DNA of 64,000 bases from Candidatus Bathyarchaeota archaeon (GCA_963697165.1 CAVOMX010000009.1:1-64000), one strand, 5' to 3'. Counted from the first letter of the stretch, positions 11,725-22,944 are shown. Notes: generated from the letters alone by a model not told the origin. Made by a program: numbers and translations.

Positions 11725-12175
11725 CATCAGCTTGTAGCCTCCTCGACTAGATCCTCGAAGAGCTCAGCCCAAACATCATCAATCTGCTCTCGAGCCTTAT
11801 CCAAAGCCCGTCGTAAGGAACGGGTTAGGTTTGGTTCCCGGATGCCGCACTAATCTAGTAAAAACAAGATCTCCACCTGCAGCCTTGAAAGCCAAAACAT
11901 TAGCATCTTACCGGGTAAATCTTATGTGGTCTGGTCCCTTCAACAACAAATTTTGCGTATGGCGCCAACGCCCTGATCCTAGCCTCGCCCTTCTCATCAA
12001 TGTCGATATCGAGTGAACGAGCAAGTTTCCCAGTCTTCCAGGGAGCACCATAAAACGCTTCATAATAGGCAACCTCAGCTAACCTTTCAACGAGCAGCTG
12101 CTTTGTTTCACTATCCAAAATGTCAGCAACAGCCTCAAAATCGAGACCGCTAGTGGAAACCTCAACCTCAATCAC
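11725..12175 (-). CDS. HK97 gp10-like neck/tail completion protein (frameshifted)
   Basis: APWKTGKLARS, YAKFVVEGTRPH and VRHPGT motifs. Confidence 0.75.
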
Positions 12176-12497
12176 TATACGATGCTCCCTACCTCAAACG
12201 CGATCTCTTCCTCAGACTCAACATAGGCATCAAGGAACTTGTGAGCCTCAGCCCAGAACACTTCAGCAGCCTCAGGATCTCTTCGATGCCTAAGCAGCCA
12301 AGCAGCAAAATGAGCACTAGCATCCGTTATCAGCTGAGGAACAGGATCAGGAACAGTTAAGCCCGACTTTTTGAGCAGCCCATCTACAAGAGCATCCGCA
12401 GAAGAGATACAGCCCGCGATCTCAGTATCAAAAGTCGCGTCCATCAGCTGCAATCTGCAAAACTATCTTCACTGCAGCAGCAGTACTATATGCCATG
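12175..12497 (-). CDS. Head-tail connector/adaptor protein
   Basis: MAYST..VK start, ADALVDGLL, VPDPVPQLI motifs; helical. Confidence 0.65.
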
Positions 12498-12653
12498 TTT
12501 AGTGATCCTCTCCATAACCTTGATTCTATTCTCAAACGCAGTCTCCATATCCTCGCGGACAGTCTCCTGCATCCACTTCGGAAGCTTACCAAAACGCTTC
12601 ATCAAAGCAACTGTCTTGTCATGACGCAACCGCAACGGCACAACTTCTGCCAG

Positions 12654-13091
12654 CTATGCAACCCCCTTGACCCAAATATCAAAACTAAAACTCGAGACGC
12701 CTTCAATGGTAGGATCTACAGAAAGAGTAAACTCAACCTGGAGCGAATCCCCTGCAGCAATCCAAGAATTAGCATAATCCCAACTCAAAACTAAGAAATT
12801 CTGAGCATCAGTTGGAATCCAGTTCTCAGTCCACAATACAAGCCGTTGCGCATCACTGCCAGTGTTTTTTATCCAAGCACTAAAACTTGCTGATTCACCA
12901 GGATCTAACGTGCCCCAAGCAATCTGACTTAAGATCTGACTTAGACCCGCATCAGCATAAACTTCAACGCCAATACTGCGAATGGTTCCAATATTTTGAA
13001 TCTGAACAAGACTAACAGCTGCACCCATAACCACAGCACCCAAAACAAGACCAACTAGAAAAACAGAAATTAATGCCAGCTTCAATTTCAA
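12654..13091 (-). CDS. Secreted or membrane-anchored beta-rich protein
   Basis: N-terminal hydrophobic signal plus IAWGTLDPGES Ig-like domain. Confidence 0.65.
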   Translation of the reverse strand: MKLKLALISVFLVGLVLGAVVMGAAVSLVQIQNIGTIRSIGVEVYADAGLSQILSQIAWGTLDPGESASFSAWIKNTGSDAQRLVLWTENWIPTDAQNFLVLSWDYANSWIAAGDSLQVEFTLSVDPTIEGVSSFSFDIWVKGVA

Positions 13092-13094
13092 AGG

Positions 13095-13313
13095 CTACTC
13101 CTCCACTTTCGAGGCAACCTTCTTGGCCTTAGCTACAATCTCCTGAAATTCCTCTTCCGAAACCTTATCGTCTTCAGCTGCAGCAACGAGGTCATCAAAG
13201 AGCTCTGCGAAGAGTCTACCCCTCTCTAGCCACTTCCTGTATTTTGCTCCCAAAAACACTGAAACAACAGTTAGAATAGCCGTTGCCACAGCGACAATTG
13301 AACCGCTTTCCAT
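13095..13313 (-). CDS. Small single-TM protein (holin-like candidate)
   Basis: N-terminal TM and acidic C-terminus (AAEDDKVSEEEF). Confidence 0.55.
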   Translation of the reverse strand: MESGSIVAVATAILTVVSVFLGAKYRKWLERGRLFAELFDDLVAAAEDDKVSEEEFQEIVAKAKKVASKVEE

Positions 13314-13415
13314 GCCTTAAAATGAGAAAGAAGCATAATTTAAGCTATTTTGGCGAAAAAAACCATGAAAAAAGAACCAAGTAGAAATTACATGGTAAAA
13401 AACCACCAATAATAT
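13285..13415. repeat. Repeat Y copy 1 (5' end and upstream region of the 13095-13313 gene)
   Basis: Near-identical to 14758-14888. Confidence 0.9.
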
Positions 13416-13743
13416 GTGACATACTGTGATATTTCTGTTAGACAGCTTTAGTTTTAGAATCTGCCAAATTCGTTTGAAAAGAGAATTGTTGCTAAACTGA
13501 TGCTTTGACCATCCTCTTCCTAAAGATTATAACAACCACTATTGCAGAAATAGCCAAAGGAAGAATGAGCCAAGAAGGAAACTCTGGGAATATTGAGTAA
13601 GATTCTGGAAAACCACCATGGCTTTTCGGTGAATATTACACAACTAAGTTCTTGTTGTTAGTTGAATGAAGTCTGTCCACTTCAATCATCTTATATCGTA
13701 AGCTTTAATAGATTGTATAATGTATCCCTTGTGGGGGTAAAAT

Positions 13744-14208
13744 ATGCAAAAAATAAGATTGCCAAAACTTACCATAATTGGTTTGGCTATTTTGGTTGTA
13801 ACTTCAGTTATTGCAGTATATGCTTATGCTTCTCAGGATGATTGGGTACTCGTGGACACTAAATCAGCGACTGTAAAAGCAGGAGAACTAAGCGTAGTAA
13901 CGTTCGATATGCCTCCTGGTCGCCTGGAGGACGAAAAGTTTGACTTTAGAATTTCAGAGGGAACAATAATGTATTGGGCGGTGTGGTCAACAGCTTTTGA
14001 TAGTGACCTGAGCGAATTTCAGCTATATCTGGAAGATATGAACGCAGTAGGTGACACAGATATCGTTAAAGGTATGGTTAAAACTGGGAACGAATCTCAT
14101 ACATTTGGTTATGATGGCTTAAATCATTCTGACCAAAAATGGGATATTTTCTTGTTAAATGAAGATTCATATGACAAAGATGTCCAAATCATAATTTCAA
14201 AACGTTAG
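13744..14208 (+). CDS. Membrane-anchored/secreted cargo protein 1
   Basis: N-terminal TM/signal; AT-rich; opposite strand to the viral operon. Confidence 0.75.
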   Translation: MQKIRLPKLTIIGLAILVVTSVIAVYAYASQDDWVLVDTKSATVKAGELSVVTFDMPPGRLEDEKFDFRISEGTIMYWAVWSTAFDSDLSEFQLYLEDMNAVGDTDIVKGMVKTGNESHTFGYDGLNHSDQKWDIFLLNEDSYDKDVQIIISKR

Positions 14209-14445
14209 CAGATATTGTAACAACGAAGAGTTTCCCATTTTCCACTCCTTTCTTTCGAACCCAAGTTTCCAAGCAGAATATTTGGGTTTAAATTGTATAT
14301 CCTCATTTATCGTAATAAAATAGATTTACCTGTGACAGAAATCAGGAAAGATAACTTTTCAACGATTTGAAATTCCTTAAATCTCAAGTCAGCTAAATAG
14401 GTTAAAATTTAGCCCTTTTTTTACTCAAGAAAAATCTTAAACACA

Positions 14446-14685
14446 TTAAAGTGCCAAATATTTTTCGCCTTTGGTTGTAATTTCGTAAATGCCTCTTGAG
14501 ATTCTGTTAATGTATCCATTGGTTATCAAATAGTGTAGTTGGGATTTGAAGGTATTATTTGTCGCAAAGTGGATAACAGGTTGAACACATACTTTCTTAT
14601 CCAAATCTGTGTAATGGACATTACCCTTCGTGAGTAATTCCAAGATAGTTTTGCGAAGAATGTCCCGCTTCATATCAGCGTCCAT
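14446..14685 (-). CDS. Winged-helix protein, copy 2
   Basis: Near-identical to 15660-15898; GYINRISRGIYEITTKG wing motif. Confidence 0.75.
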   Translation of the reverse strand: MDADMKRDILRKTILELLTKGNVHYTDLDKKVCVQPVIHFATNNTFKSQLHYLITNGYINRISRGIYEITTKGEKYLAL

Positions 14686-14757
14686 TAATGACTTCCTCCA
14701 GCTTTTTTAGCGGCCACTCAGGCAAATGACCACATAAAAACATGCCAAGCAACAGTA

Positions 14758-14888
14758 GCCAAAGCAACAATTGAACCGCTTTCCATGACTTAAAACGAGA
14801 AAGAAACATAATTTAAGCTATTTTGGCGAAAAAAACCATTAAAAAAGAACAGTGAAAAAATTACTTGGTAAAAAACCACCAATAATAT
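14758..14888. repeat. Repeat Y copy 2
   Basis: Near-identical to 13285-13415; contains the truncated MESGSIVA.. start. Confidence 0.9.
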
Positions 14889-14960
14889 ATATCCTACGTG
14901 AAATGAAAAGGGTTTTTGTCAAGAAACCTTGACCAAAATGGGTACGAGTTGACTCGTTGC

Positions 14961-15560
14961 CTATCTTGGATCGGCATATATGTAGTGTGGCCAAATTTCG
15001 TAATAGGCTATGTTTCTGTTATCTGTTGCAAATGGGATCTCGACAGTTTTTGTTTCATTAACTCCCAAAGTGAACAGGTAACCCACCATTCCTTTACGTT
15101 TATCCGTATTTATTGCTGCTATTTCAGTTCCATTCTCAGTGAATAATTTGGCTGATAAACCAACAAAAGAGAAATACTCGCCGCTAGAGGCAAAGTAATT
15201 AACAAGAATCGACTCCTCAGAAGGATAATCGTTTCTTACTGTTGCATTTATTATGAACATTGGGTCACCCGTTCTAACGACAGGTAATTCATCCGCGTGC
15301 GATGGGGTATAACCATAACCTATTATTGTGTCGTTTTCTCTCCAAAAACTATACCTTGCAGACGCATTAACCAAAAAAATTTTACTTTCATATGTTCCAT
15401 CAAGAGAACCAAGATAATGTGGAGTTACTGGCTTAACATTGGTTGCTAACCAATCCTCCTTAGAATCAGAAGTAAGATACCAAACAACTCCAATAAGAGA
15501 AGCAAATATCACCAAGAGCGAAAACAAAACGACAAACTTTCGCTGGCTTGACATCAGCAA
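14961..15560 (-). CDS. Membrane-anchored/secreted cargo protein 2
   Basis: N-terminal TM and beta-rich ectodomain; AT-rich. Confidence 0.75.
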   Translation of the reverse strand: MLMSSQRKFVVLFSLLVIFASLIGVVWYLTSDSKEDWLATNVKPVTPHYLGSLDGTYESKIFLVNASARYSFWRENDTIIGYGYTPSHADELPVVRTGDPMFIINATVRNDYPSEESILVNYFASSGEYFSFVGLSAKLFTENGTEIAAINTDKRKGMVGYLFTLGVNETKTVEIPFATDNRNIAYYEIWPHYIYADPR

Positions 15561-15659
15561 CCCCCTGCACTAGCATATTTATTTAATCAGATTTATTATC
15601 TTTTTGGGTTTTGGGGTTAAAATTTAGCCCTTTTTTACTCAAGAAAAATCTTAAACACA

Positions 15660-15898
15660 CTAAAGTGCCAAATATTTTTCGCCTTTGGTTGTAATTTCGT
15701 AAATGCCTCTTGAGATTCTGTTAATGTATCCATTGCTTATCAAATAGTGTAGTTGCGATTTGAAGGTATTATTTGTCGCAAATGGATAACAGGTTGCACA
15801 TACTTTCTTATCCAAATCTGTGTAATGGACATTACCCTTCGTGAGTAATTCCAAGATAGTTTTGCGAAGAATGTCCCGTTTCATATCAGCATTCACTG
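15660..15898 (-). CDS. Winged-helix protein, copy 1
   Basis: Same wHTH as 14446-14685; DNA 15613-15950 is duplicated at 14400-14740. Confidence 0.75.
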
Positions 15899-16530
15899 TT
15901 GATTTCCTCCAGCTTTTGTAGCGGCCACTCAGGCAAATGACCACACAACACATCCCCATGAAGCAGCACCCTGAAAACCAAGCCGCTGAGCCTCAAACAG
16001 AAACAGCTGATCATGCACCCCAACCTTCCGCTCATACTCACGTTGATCATACACAAAACTGCAGCCTCTCAAAGACTCTTCGTCTGATCAATGCGCAGCC
16101 GATCCCAGCCCAAACCATCCCACTAAACACTTTGCCTCTCAGCTGCTCCACATCAAAAACAGAGTGCACCAGAGGCTTCACCTTGTCCGGATGCTCCTGG
16201 AAGTACCCTGCCATCATTCGCAACCTGTCAGGTCTATGATTCGGATAAATCCCAAGCGAAATATCCGAGACATCAGAAAGCAGCCTAACCAACGCATGCC
16301 TGGGCACCTCAACATCAGCCTCCACAATCCACAAAAAATCGTAGCCCTCAACAACACAGCTTCCGGACAAGAAAATTAGTTGCCTCAACTACGCCCGCTA
16401 GCGCCTTGCTTGACTGTAGGAGGAGACAAAACAATCTCTGCCTCAACATCAGCCTCAGCTACAGCAGCCTCAATAGCCCCCACTACTCGACCCCGAAACA
16501 TCCCCATGATAATTGGGTCTCGTAAGAGGA
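15885..16530 (-). CDS. GT-A fold glycosyltransferase-like protein (frameshifted)
   Basis: YDFLWIVEADV (DxD-like), GIGCALIRRRVFERL, HDQLF and LCGHL motifs. Confidence 0.6.
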
Positions 16531-16544
16531 ATGCCCACCATCAC

Positions 16545-16795
16545 TTTTTTTTTGATGGCTTGGCTTTTTTTGTGGCTTCTCCAGTAAAGGGACCAGATCA
16601 CTGACTCCTGGCTCCTCCACTTTTGGCGCCACAGGAACCATAGGCGCATGCAACCTTCTTGTCAACAACCTCAAGCCACTTCTGACCCTTGTAGCTCGCC
16701 GGAAGATCCACTATATCGCCAGGAACATGCGTAACACCATCAGCATCCGTGAAGCCGCTCACTGACCCTTTGCCTTTCCGTAGCCGAAACTTCAT
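16545..16795 (-). CDS. Small viral protein downstream of capsid gene
   Basis: HVPGDIVDLP motif; position in operon. Confidence 0.45.
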
Positions 16796-16888
16796 TTTCT
16801 AACCTTCACCTCCAACTTTGACTTTTAACACGAAACTTTAACCCCGAAAAAAAGTGGGGGAAAATGAAACTAGGCAAACTCATCAGCC

Positions 16889-17760
16889 CTATGTGAGTCC
16901 TGTAATTTCGCAGATGGCAGTAGGACGCTTTATTCTAGGAGCAACAACTTCTCGTGGCAAGACCCTCAATGTTTCCACGAAGATCCTCTTTCTTGCGCAC
17001 TTCCAGATCCTTTCCGATAACAAGCTCGATATTGGCTTGCAGAGGCTCCACAACTAACGCGTTGTCCACGCCTCCAGCTGAACTGTACAGACTATTAGTC
17101 CGATACACTCCAGCCTCGAACAGTGAAGCAACCTTGTCCGCGATAGTCACGGCAGTATCAGTAATGAACGCACCCGCAATCTGGCGCCACCACGAAGGCT
17201 TGATCACCAGAGCGTAAGGTCCATTATGTCCATCAGTTTCAAGCTCGGCAATAGCATTGTTACAGTATGTGAACGCGTTTGCGCTCCAATCACCGCCAGC
17301 AGTAGTATTCCTGTCCTGTAGCAGTTGCTAAGCCCTCAACACCAAGAGCCCTAAAGCCCGTGTATTCTCCGGTGATCAGCAGCTTATCCTCATCTACAGC
17401 AACCTGTCGGGCAGCATTCTCCGCATCCTGCGTGTCAATCGGCATCCCAGAACCCCGGGAAGCCTCAATGTCACGCCACAGAACCTCAAACTCCTTCTCA
17501 ATCACTGGAACAGTAATATCAAAAGCTGTTTTTTCGGTCCTGTCCTTGCTGCCAGGCTGACCATACAAACTGATCTTCGCCGCAGACATATCACTCTGCC
17601 GATAGCCCCTCACAGTCAGGAACCCAGCATTAGGCAACACCAAAGTAGGGAACAATTTACGACCAACAACCAAAGCCCTCGTTGTTTCGACGACTTTAGA
17701 GTCAATGTAAATTGCTTCCTCATCAGTGATGCGCCCAGTATTCAGTCCAACTCTACTCAT
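16889..17760 (-). CDS. Major capsid protein, HK97 fold, strongly encapsulin/Linocin-M18-like (frameshifted)
   Basis: ITDEEAIYIDSKVVETTRALVVGRK, VPVIEKEFEVLWRDIEA, AARQVAVDEDKLLITG, LGVEGL, GPYALVI, LVIGKDL, RIKRPTAI. Confidence 0.85.
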
Positions 17761-17782
17761 AGGCAACAATGTTTTCAGTCTC

Positions 17783-18259
17783 CTAAGCAGCGGCAGCAGG
17801 TTCAGCAGCTGGACACCAGTGCACCAAGATTTCAGCATCAGCAGTCACGTTGCTTGCTTCCCAACTGTAGGCGACAACTTTGCCCTGCTCACCCATAGCA
17901 CCAACTGCCTGCTTGGCTAACTTGCCATCAGCAGCAGTAACAAGAGGATCTCCACGACTAACGCTCTCAGACGCCAACAAGGTCATTTTAGCGATACATT
18001 CGCCAACAATAACCATTGCGGGATCGCCAACAGCGTAAGCGGTAGCCTCAAGCTCAGTTGGGCAAACATCTAAGATGAATACGTCCCCGGTCTCTTCGGC
18101 ACTTGCCTCTTTGACCGTCTGGTCCGCATCATCAAAGACTACAGCCCTTCCAGCAAGCATTTTTGCAGCAGTAGCATTCGCTCCGATCTCCATCTCAACG
18201 CGCAAGGGAGAACCAGCAGCAAGCACCTGATTAGAAGGTTTCACGATACCTTGCGGCAT
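17783..18259 (-). CDS. Capsid decoration/cement protein (DUF2190-like)
   Basis: VSRGDPLVTAADGKL motif; directly upstream of the capsid gene. Confidence 0.65.
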   Translation of the reverse strand: MPQGIVKPSNQVLAAGSPLRVEMEIGANATAAKMLAGRAVVFDDADQTVKEASAEETGDVFILDVCPTELEATAYAVGDPAMVIVGECIAKMTLLASESVSRGDPLVTAADGKLAKQAVGAMGEQGKVVAYSWEASNVTADAEILVHWCPAAEPAAAA

Positions 18260-18276
18260 CAGTTGCCCTCCTTTCG

Positions 18277-18727
18277 TTTATGAGTTCGTTCCCAACTCAT
18301 GTCCCCGACAGTCAAACCCTTCTCGCGATCAGACAGATCAGCAAGAGCACCAAAAGCTACACTATTCTTCTTGGGAGGCAACGCAAAAGCCAAAGTGTTT
18401 TTGATCCGTCTTCACTTCCGCAAGCGGCAGCGCCTCAAGCTCAGGCTGGTTCAGGCTACTACGAGGCAATATCCACGCAATATCCTCAGCCTTCTCCCGA
18501 GCCTCAAGAACACTGTTTGCTTGTCCAAGCTGGTGTGTTAGATCACGTATCAATGTCTTATTTTCTTCAAGAGCTGCCTTCTGCATTTTGATAGTAGCAA
18601 ACGCTTCATCCATCGTCATAGTAACTATGGCGTTAGGACTAGGCTTCAGGACACACTTCTGAGACTCTTCGTCCCAGACTTCTGTTGCTACTAAGCATCC
18701 ATGAGCATCCTTTTCTTCTTCAGACAT
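18277..18727 (-). CDS. Scaffold-like coiled-coil protein (frameshifted)
   Basis: Helical, charged; between protease and capsid genes. Confidence 0.5.
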
Positions 18728-18844
18728 ATTTTTTTACCTGCACCCATAACTTTCGCCATTAGTTTTGCATCCCGGCATAGGATGAGCATCCATCATCTCG
18801 GCGCAATTCTGCAACATCATGTTCGGCTCCGCGTCCAGAGCATG

Positions 18845-19729
18845 TTACCGTAAACAAAGAAGCCTGCGACTCTTCTCAAGCACCTCATAGGGATCCAACT
18901 TCGGCACCACATTCACCGACTGCTTCACCGGAGGCTTCACCGATGAACCCAGCAACCAAATTCTCAGCAGCCTCACAGACGTTTCATTTGCTGCACCAGA
19001 ATGCTCCTTCACATACTCAGCAGCCCTCTCGTCAGTCCAGCCCAGTTCCCGATCAAACACAAGCTCAGACGTCACAGTCTCCTTCGAGCCATCACGCAGC
19101 TTCCCAACAACAGCATAAACCCCCTCCTTAGCCGAAACCATCACCGTAGCAATACTACGGAAAAGACCCTGAGGCTTCAAACATACACGCAAGAAGTCGC
19201 TGCTGTTCTCTAGCATCCCCAAGATAGGGACCAGGACAACGACCCTGCAGGCACACCAACAGCAATATGAGCAAAAACAAAACCCCGCTGCTGATAATCG
19301 TAGGGCTGACCCCCAAACACTCCCGGCGTATTATCGTGCATGTAACGGTAAGCCGTGCTCGTGTCCTTGTTCAAGCCGCCGCTGCGGATCTTCTCCTGCA
19401 ACTCAGCATCACAGGCAGCCTTCCTGAAATGCAGGTCCCCAAGAAGAGCAGCCCGCTCAGCCTCCCACGAAACATCCCAAACCTGCCCCTTCACATCGTC
19501 TTGACTAAAATTCCAGATAGGCCACGCATGACGATACAACAGAATCGGAGTACCATTCAGCAGCCAAGCAGCCTTCCTGAAGCTCCTCAGCGCTACGGTA
19601 GCCCATCCCCTCGTCATACTGGAGAATGCTCTCGCGCTCCAAAATTGCGGGAACAATAATCTCCTCATCAGTTTCACGGATACTCTTTTCTGTATTGACT
19701 TCCAGTTTCCCAAACTCGAGACTACTCAA
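18845..19729 (-). CDS. Prohead protease (DUF2213-like), frameshifted, probably one gene
   Basis: IVPAILERESILQY..YRSAEEL, GTPILLYRH, YDYQQR..HIAVGV motifs; follows the portal gene. Confidence 0.65.
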
Positions 19730-21081
19730 CCTTTTTTTCTCTCCTCAAAAACGAATTCAACCTCTTCAGCAGCCCAGCATTCCCCCCATCCTGCAGCTGC
19801 TCCTCTCCGCCCTCAGGCTGACCATCATCAGGCAGCTGAGGCAACCCAATCATAACTTTCCCAGCACCATCAGGAAGCGGTTCTAGCCCCTGATCAGCAC
19901 GGACCTCATCAACAGTCATCCAACCTAACTGCAGATTCCGAGCCTGCGCTTCCTTCAACAAAATGTCAGCCTTAGTCGGCTCGCTCAACTCGAAGCCAGG
20001 CGGCCACACAAGATTATAGTCCTCAACACGTGTCAATCTGCCCGGTTTCCATCAGCAAATCAATCAAATCCCACACAATCGCTCTAGGAGACTCTGCTGC
20101 ATGGCAACGCCGCCCCAATACTCCCGATCATTCACCTCAGCTACCCGCGATCGTGCCTGCAGTTGCTCCCTTCAAATGAGTAACAGGAATACGAGACTCC
20201 ACAGCTGAGGCTTTCAAGGCTAACATCCACGTAAGGACCAGGATCTAACGCTTTGCCCTTAGCGCCAATCCACTCAATCCTGCTGCCTATGTCGTGAACA
20301 AAATATTTTCTCGAATCCAAATCAGACAAGTGGTTATCTGCCTCAAAATTGTCAAGCTGCTTCTGGCTCTTCTTGTCCTTAAACCGGATATCAGCAAAGC
20401 CAGCAGCATGCGTCCTGATAGTACGCAAAATTGCCTCTCGAGCATTCCTGAAAGCAGTCAAATCGCTGTAGAGCACAGCAAGAACAGGAACACCCTTCCA
20501 CGGATGCCCCATCCTACGAGACGCAAAATGGATCATCCGAGTCCAATGGATCTTCTTTTGCGCCGAACCAATCTGGACAGTGTAGAGGTTAGGCAGCCCA
20601 GCCCGCTCGCTTTCGGTTCTCTTCTCCTCATCAGTTGACTGTACACTGCAGTTGTGCTCGTAAAAACAGTCAACGACAAAACCTTTCTCGGATTCTCTAC
20701 AGGCTTGCTTGGGTCCACACCATAATCGATCAGGCTCAGCCCCAATGCTGCCCAACCATACAACCGCTCAAAAATGACCAGCTCCCGCAGCTTCTCTTTA
20801 GTGTCCAGCTCATCTAGGACACGAGAAACTTGTCTGCTCCACTCAGGATTCGGCTCCTCAGCCTCCTCCTCTACAGTGAAGCCCTTAGCCATCATATCAA
20901 AGGCAACATCAACAACAACACGTTTAGCTACAGGCTCCCGCATAGCAGCAAAAACGATCTGAGACATGCTAATTGGGCTGCCAAAAGTAACATCTTCGGT
21001 GCTCCCATACACCCCGCGAGGATCATCAAAATCCCCAGTATTAGACGCTACTTTCCGCTGCACCAATCCTTCACAACCCAA
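19722..21081 (-). CDS. Portal protein (DUF1073-like), frameshifted
   Basis: ERLYGWA, KIHWTRMIHF, WKGVPVL and KADILLKEAQAR..MTVDEVR motifs across three ORFs. Confidence 0.8.
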
Positions 21082-21131
21082 AGCTCCCTCAGACTAAAAG
21101 AACTATCAAACGAAAAGACATAAAACGTGAA

Positions 21132-21148
21132 CTGTTGGAATCCAACAG
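21132..21148. promoter_or_regulatory. Perfect 8-1-8 palindrome CTGTTGGA-A-TCCAACAG, candidate operator
   Basis: Lies between the divergent portal operon and the RHH gene. Confidence 0.55.
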
Positions 21149-21185
21149 AAACCAATAAAACCAAACAAAACCTAATACAAAAAAC

Positions 21186-21326
21186 ATGACAAACCCAAAA
21201 ACAACAGTCACAATCTACATCTCAAAAGAGCTCCTCAAACAGATAGACACCAAAGCAGAAGCCCAAAACAGAAAAAGAAGCAACCAAATCGAAACAGACC
21301 TACGAAGAGCCTACCAACCATCCTAG
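21186..21326 (+). CDS. Ribbon-helix-helix (CopG/Arc-like) regulator, 46 aa (below ORF-track cutoff)
   Basis: MTNPKTTVTIYISKELLKQIDTKAEAQNRKRSNQIETDLRRAYQPS: alternating beta strand, L..ID..A....RS..I pattern. Confidence 0.75.
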   Translation: MTNPKTTVTIYISKELLKQIDTKAEAQNRKRSNQIETDLRRAYQPS

Positions 21327-21630
21327 CCTCTTCGTGAGAGGTCGATTTCTACAAATGAAGCATTGTCCAAAGTTGAGCTTGACTCTGACAGCATAGTAAG
21401 ATTGAAACTCACGACTCGTAAAGGTACTCGCATTGAAAGTGTCCGTTGAAGAAATTAGAAAAATTAGCAAATAAAACAAATCTATATTGAAAGTTAGAAG
21501 GTTAGTTGACACTTATTGGGCTCTCGTAAATTGTATAAAAGAATCTACGAATTTTACAAACTCACTTGAAGCATAAAAAGCAAAAAGGCGGAAAAAGTTA
21601 AAGCAGAACAAGATACGTTATCAATAGTAA

Positions 21631-22666
21631 ATGCCATTCAAGAAAAACCCTGAAAACAAAGCAAAACAGAGATACAAATCTGCATGTAGTTGGGGTTACT
21701 GTCCAAGTTTAGCGGATAGAAAAAACAGCAAGATAAAAGAACTTGCGAATAGGCTTAAAGCAGATTCAAAAAAGGAGACATTAGCAAACATATCTGAATG
21801 GCATAATAACAACCTGTCCATTTGGTTTGAACGATTTCCAATGGCAAATATTCTGTTGGCTTTCATCCTTAGTTTCACAATTTTCTTACTTATTTCATTG
21901 GCTTTTGGTATATTTCATGCCGATATCGATATAATGTGGCTATGGTGGCTAGTCATAATACTAGGAATAATCACGGCTACATTGCTAGCAATCACTTTTT
22001 TGATGTTCATATATTATAGAAAATTATCACTGAAGTATTTTTTAAAAATTTGGTTAAACCTTTCACCAGACTTTCTTCTTGAAAAGAGACTGGCTGTTTG
22101 CCGAGATTATGCTAAACTCTCTGCAAATTTGTTGTTTAACATCTATCCTGAAAGTCATGTCTATTTTGTTCATGCTACAAGTCATGTGGCAACTGGAATA
22201 TTTGTTGGAGAGAAGTTGTATATCCTTGACAAATATTTGCCTGTAGCGACATTTGATAAATGGTATGCAAAGTGGCATGAATGCAGATTTTCCGATAAGG
22301 CAGTTGAGAAGGTTAAAGGAGCTTCTATGGAACCAGTTGACCTGAATACTCTCTTATCAAAACCAAGTGGAACAAAACTCGACACCGAAAAACTGGCAAA
22401 TAAAATGAGGCAAATTTTGCGTATTCGAAGTTCTATAGAAGATAACGGGATACTACACTCAAAATATGGCATTGGAGAAAGGGAGCTGCCCTTTATGAAG
22501 ATGACGAAATAGTTAATTATTCCATTGCACGACGGCTTAGGAGACTAATTTCTGCACAAGTATTGGAAACAAGTGGAATAGCAGACCTTGAAATTGTCCA
22601 AAATAAAGATGATTTGACGTTTCAAATTATATTAAGACCTAGAAACGAAGAGCTATTAAATACCTG
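21631..22666 (+). CDS. Transglutaminase-like cysteine protease-fold membrane protein (frameshifted near the 3' end)
   Basis: Cys-His-Asp triad AVCRDYA / SHVATG / YILD; two TM helices. Confidence 0.7.
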
Positions 22667-22944
22667 AATAGTTGAGGAAATAAAATTAATGAAAAAGGTG
22701 ATTTGAGGGACATATCACCTGACGGGTCACAGTCCATGCTAGACCATGACACCAATCACAAATCTCTTGTTTGGTTGCATCCGTCAACTCGATTAAATAG
22801 CATTCAAAAAAAAAGTGTGGTATAGTCGCGTCAGGATACTGATAACCCTAGGAAATATAATGTAATTATATCTTCAATAAATTTAACTTTTAATAACCGC
22901 AAATTTTTTTATAACATATCCTTTTAGTAATAAAAGAAACAGAT

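Noticed and set aside
16889..17760. Cellular encapsulin nanocompartment operon
   Set aside because: No cargo enzyme nearby; flanked by portal, protease and tail genes.
21302..21335. Inverted repeat ACGAAGAG..CTCTTCGT
   Set aside because: The left arm lies within the RHH coding sequence; probably coincidental or a simple terminator.
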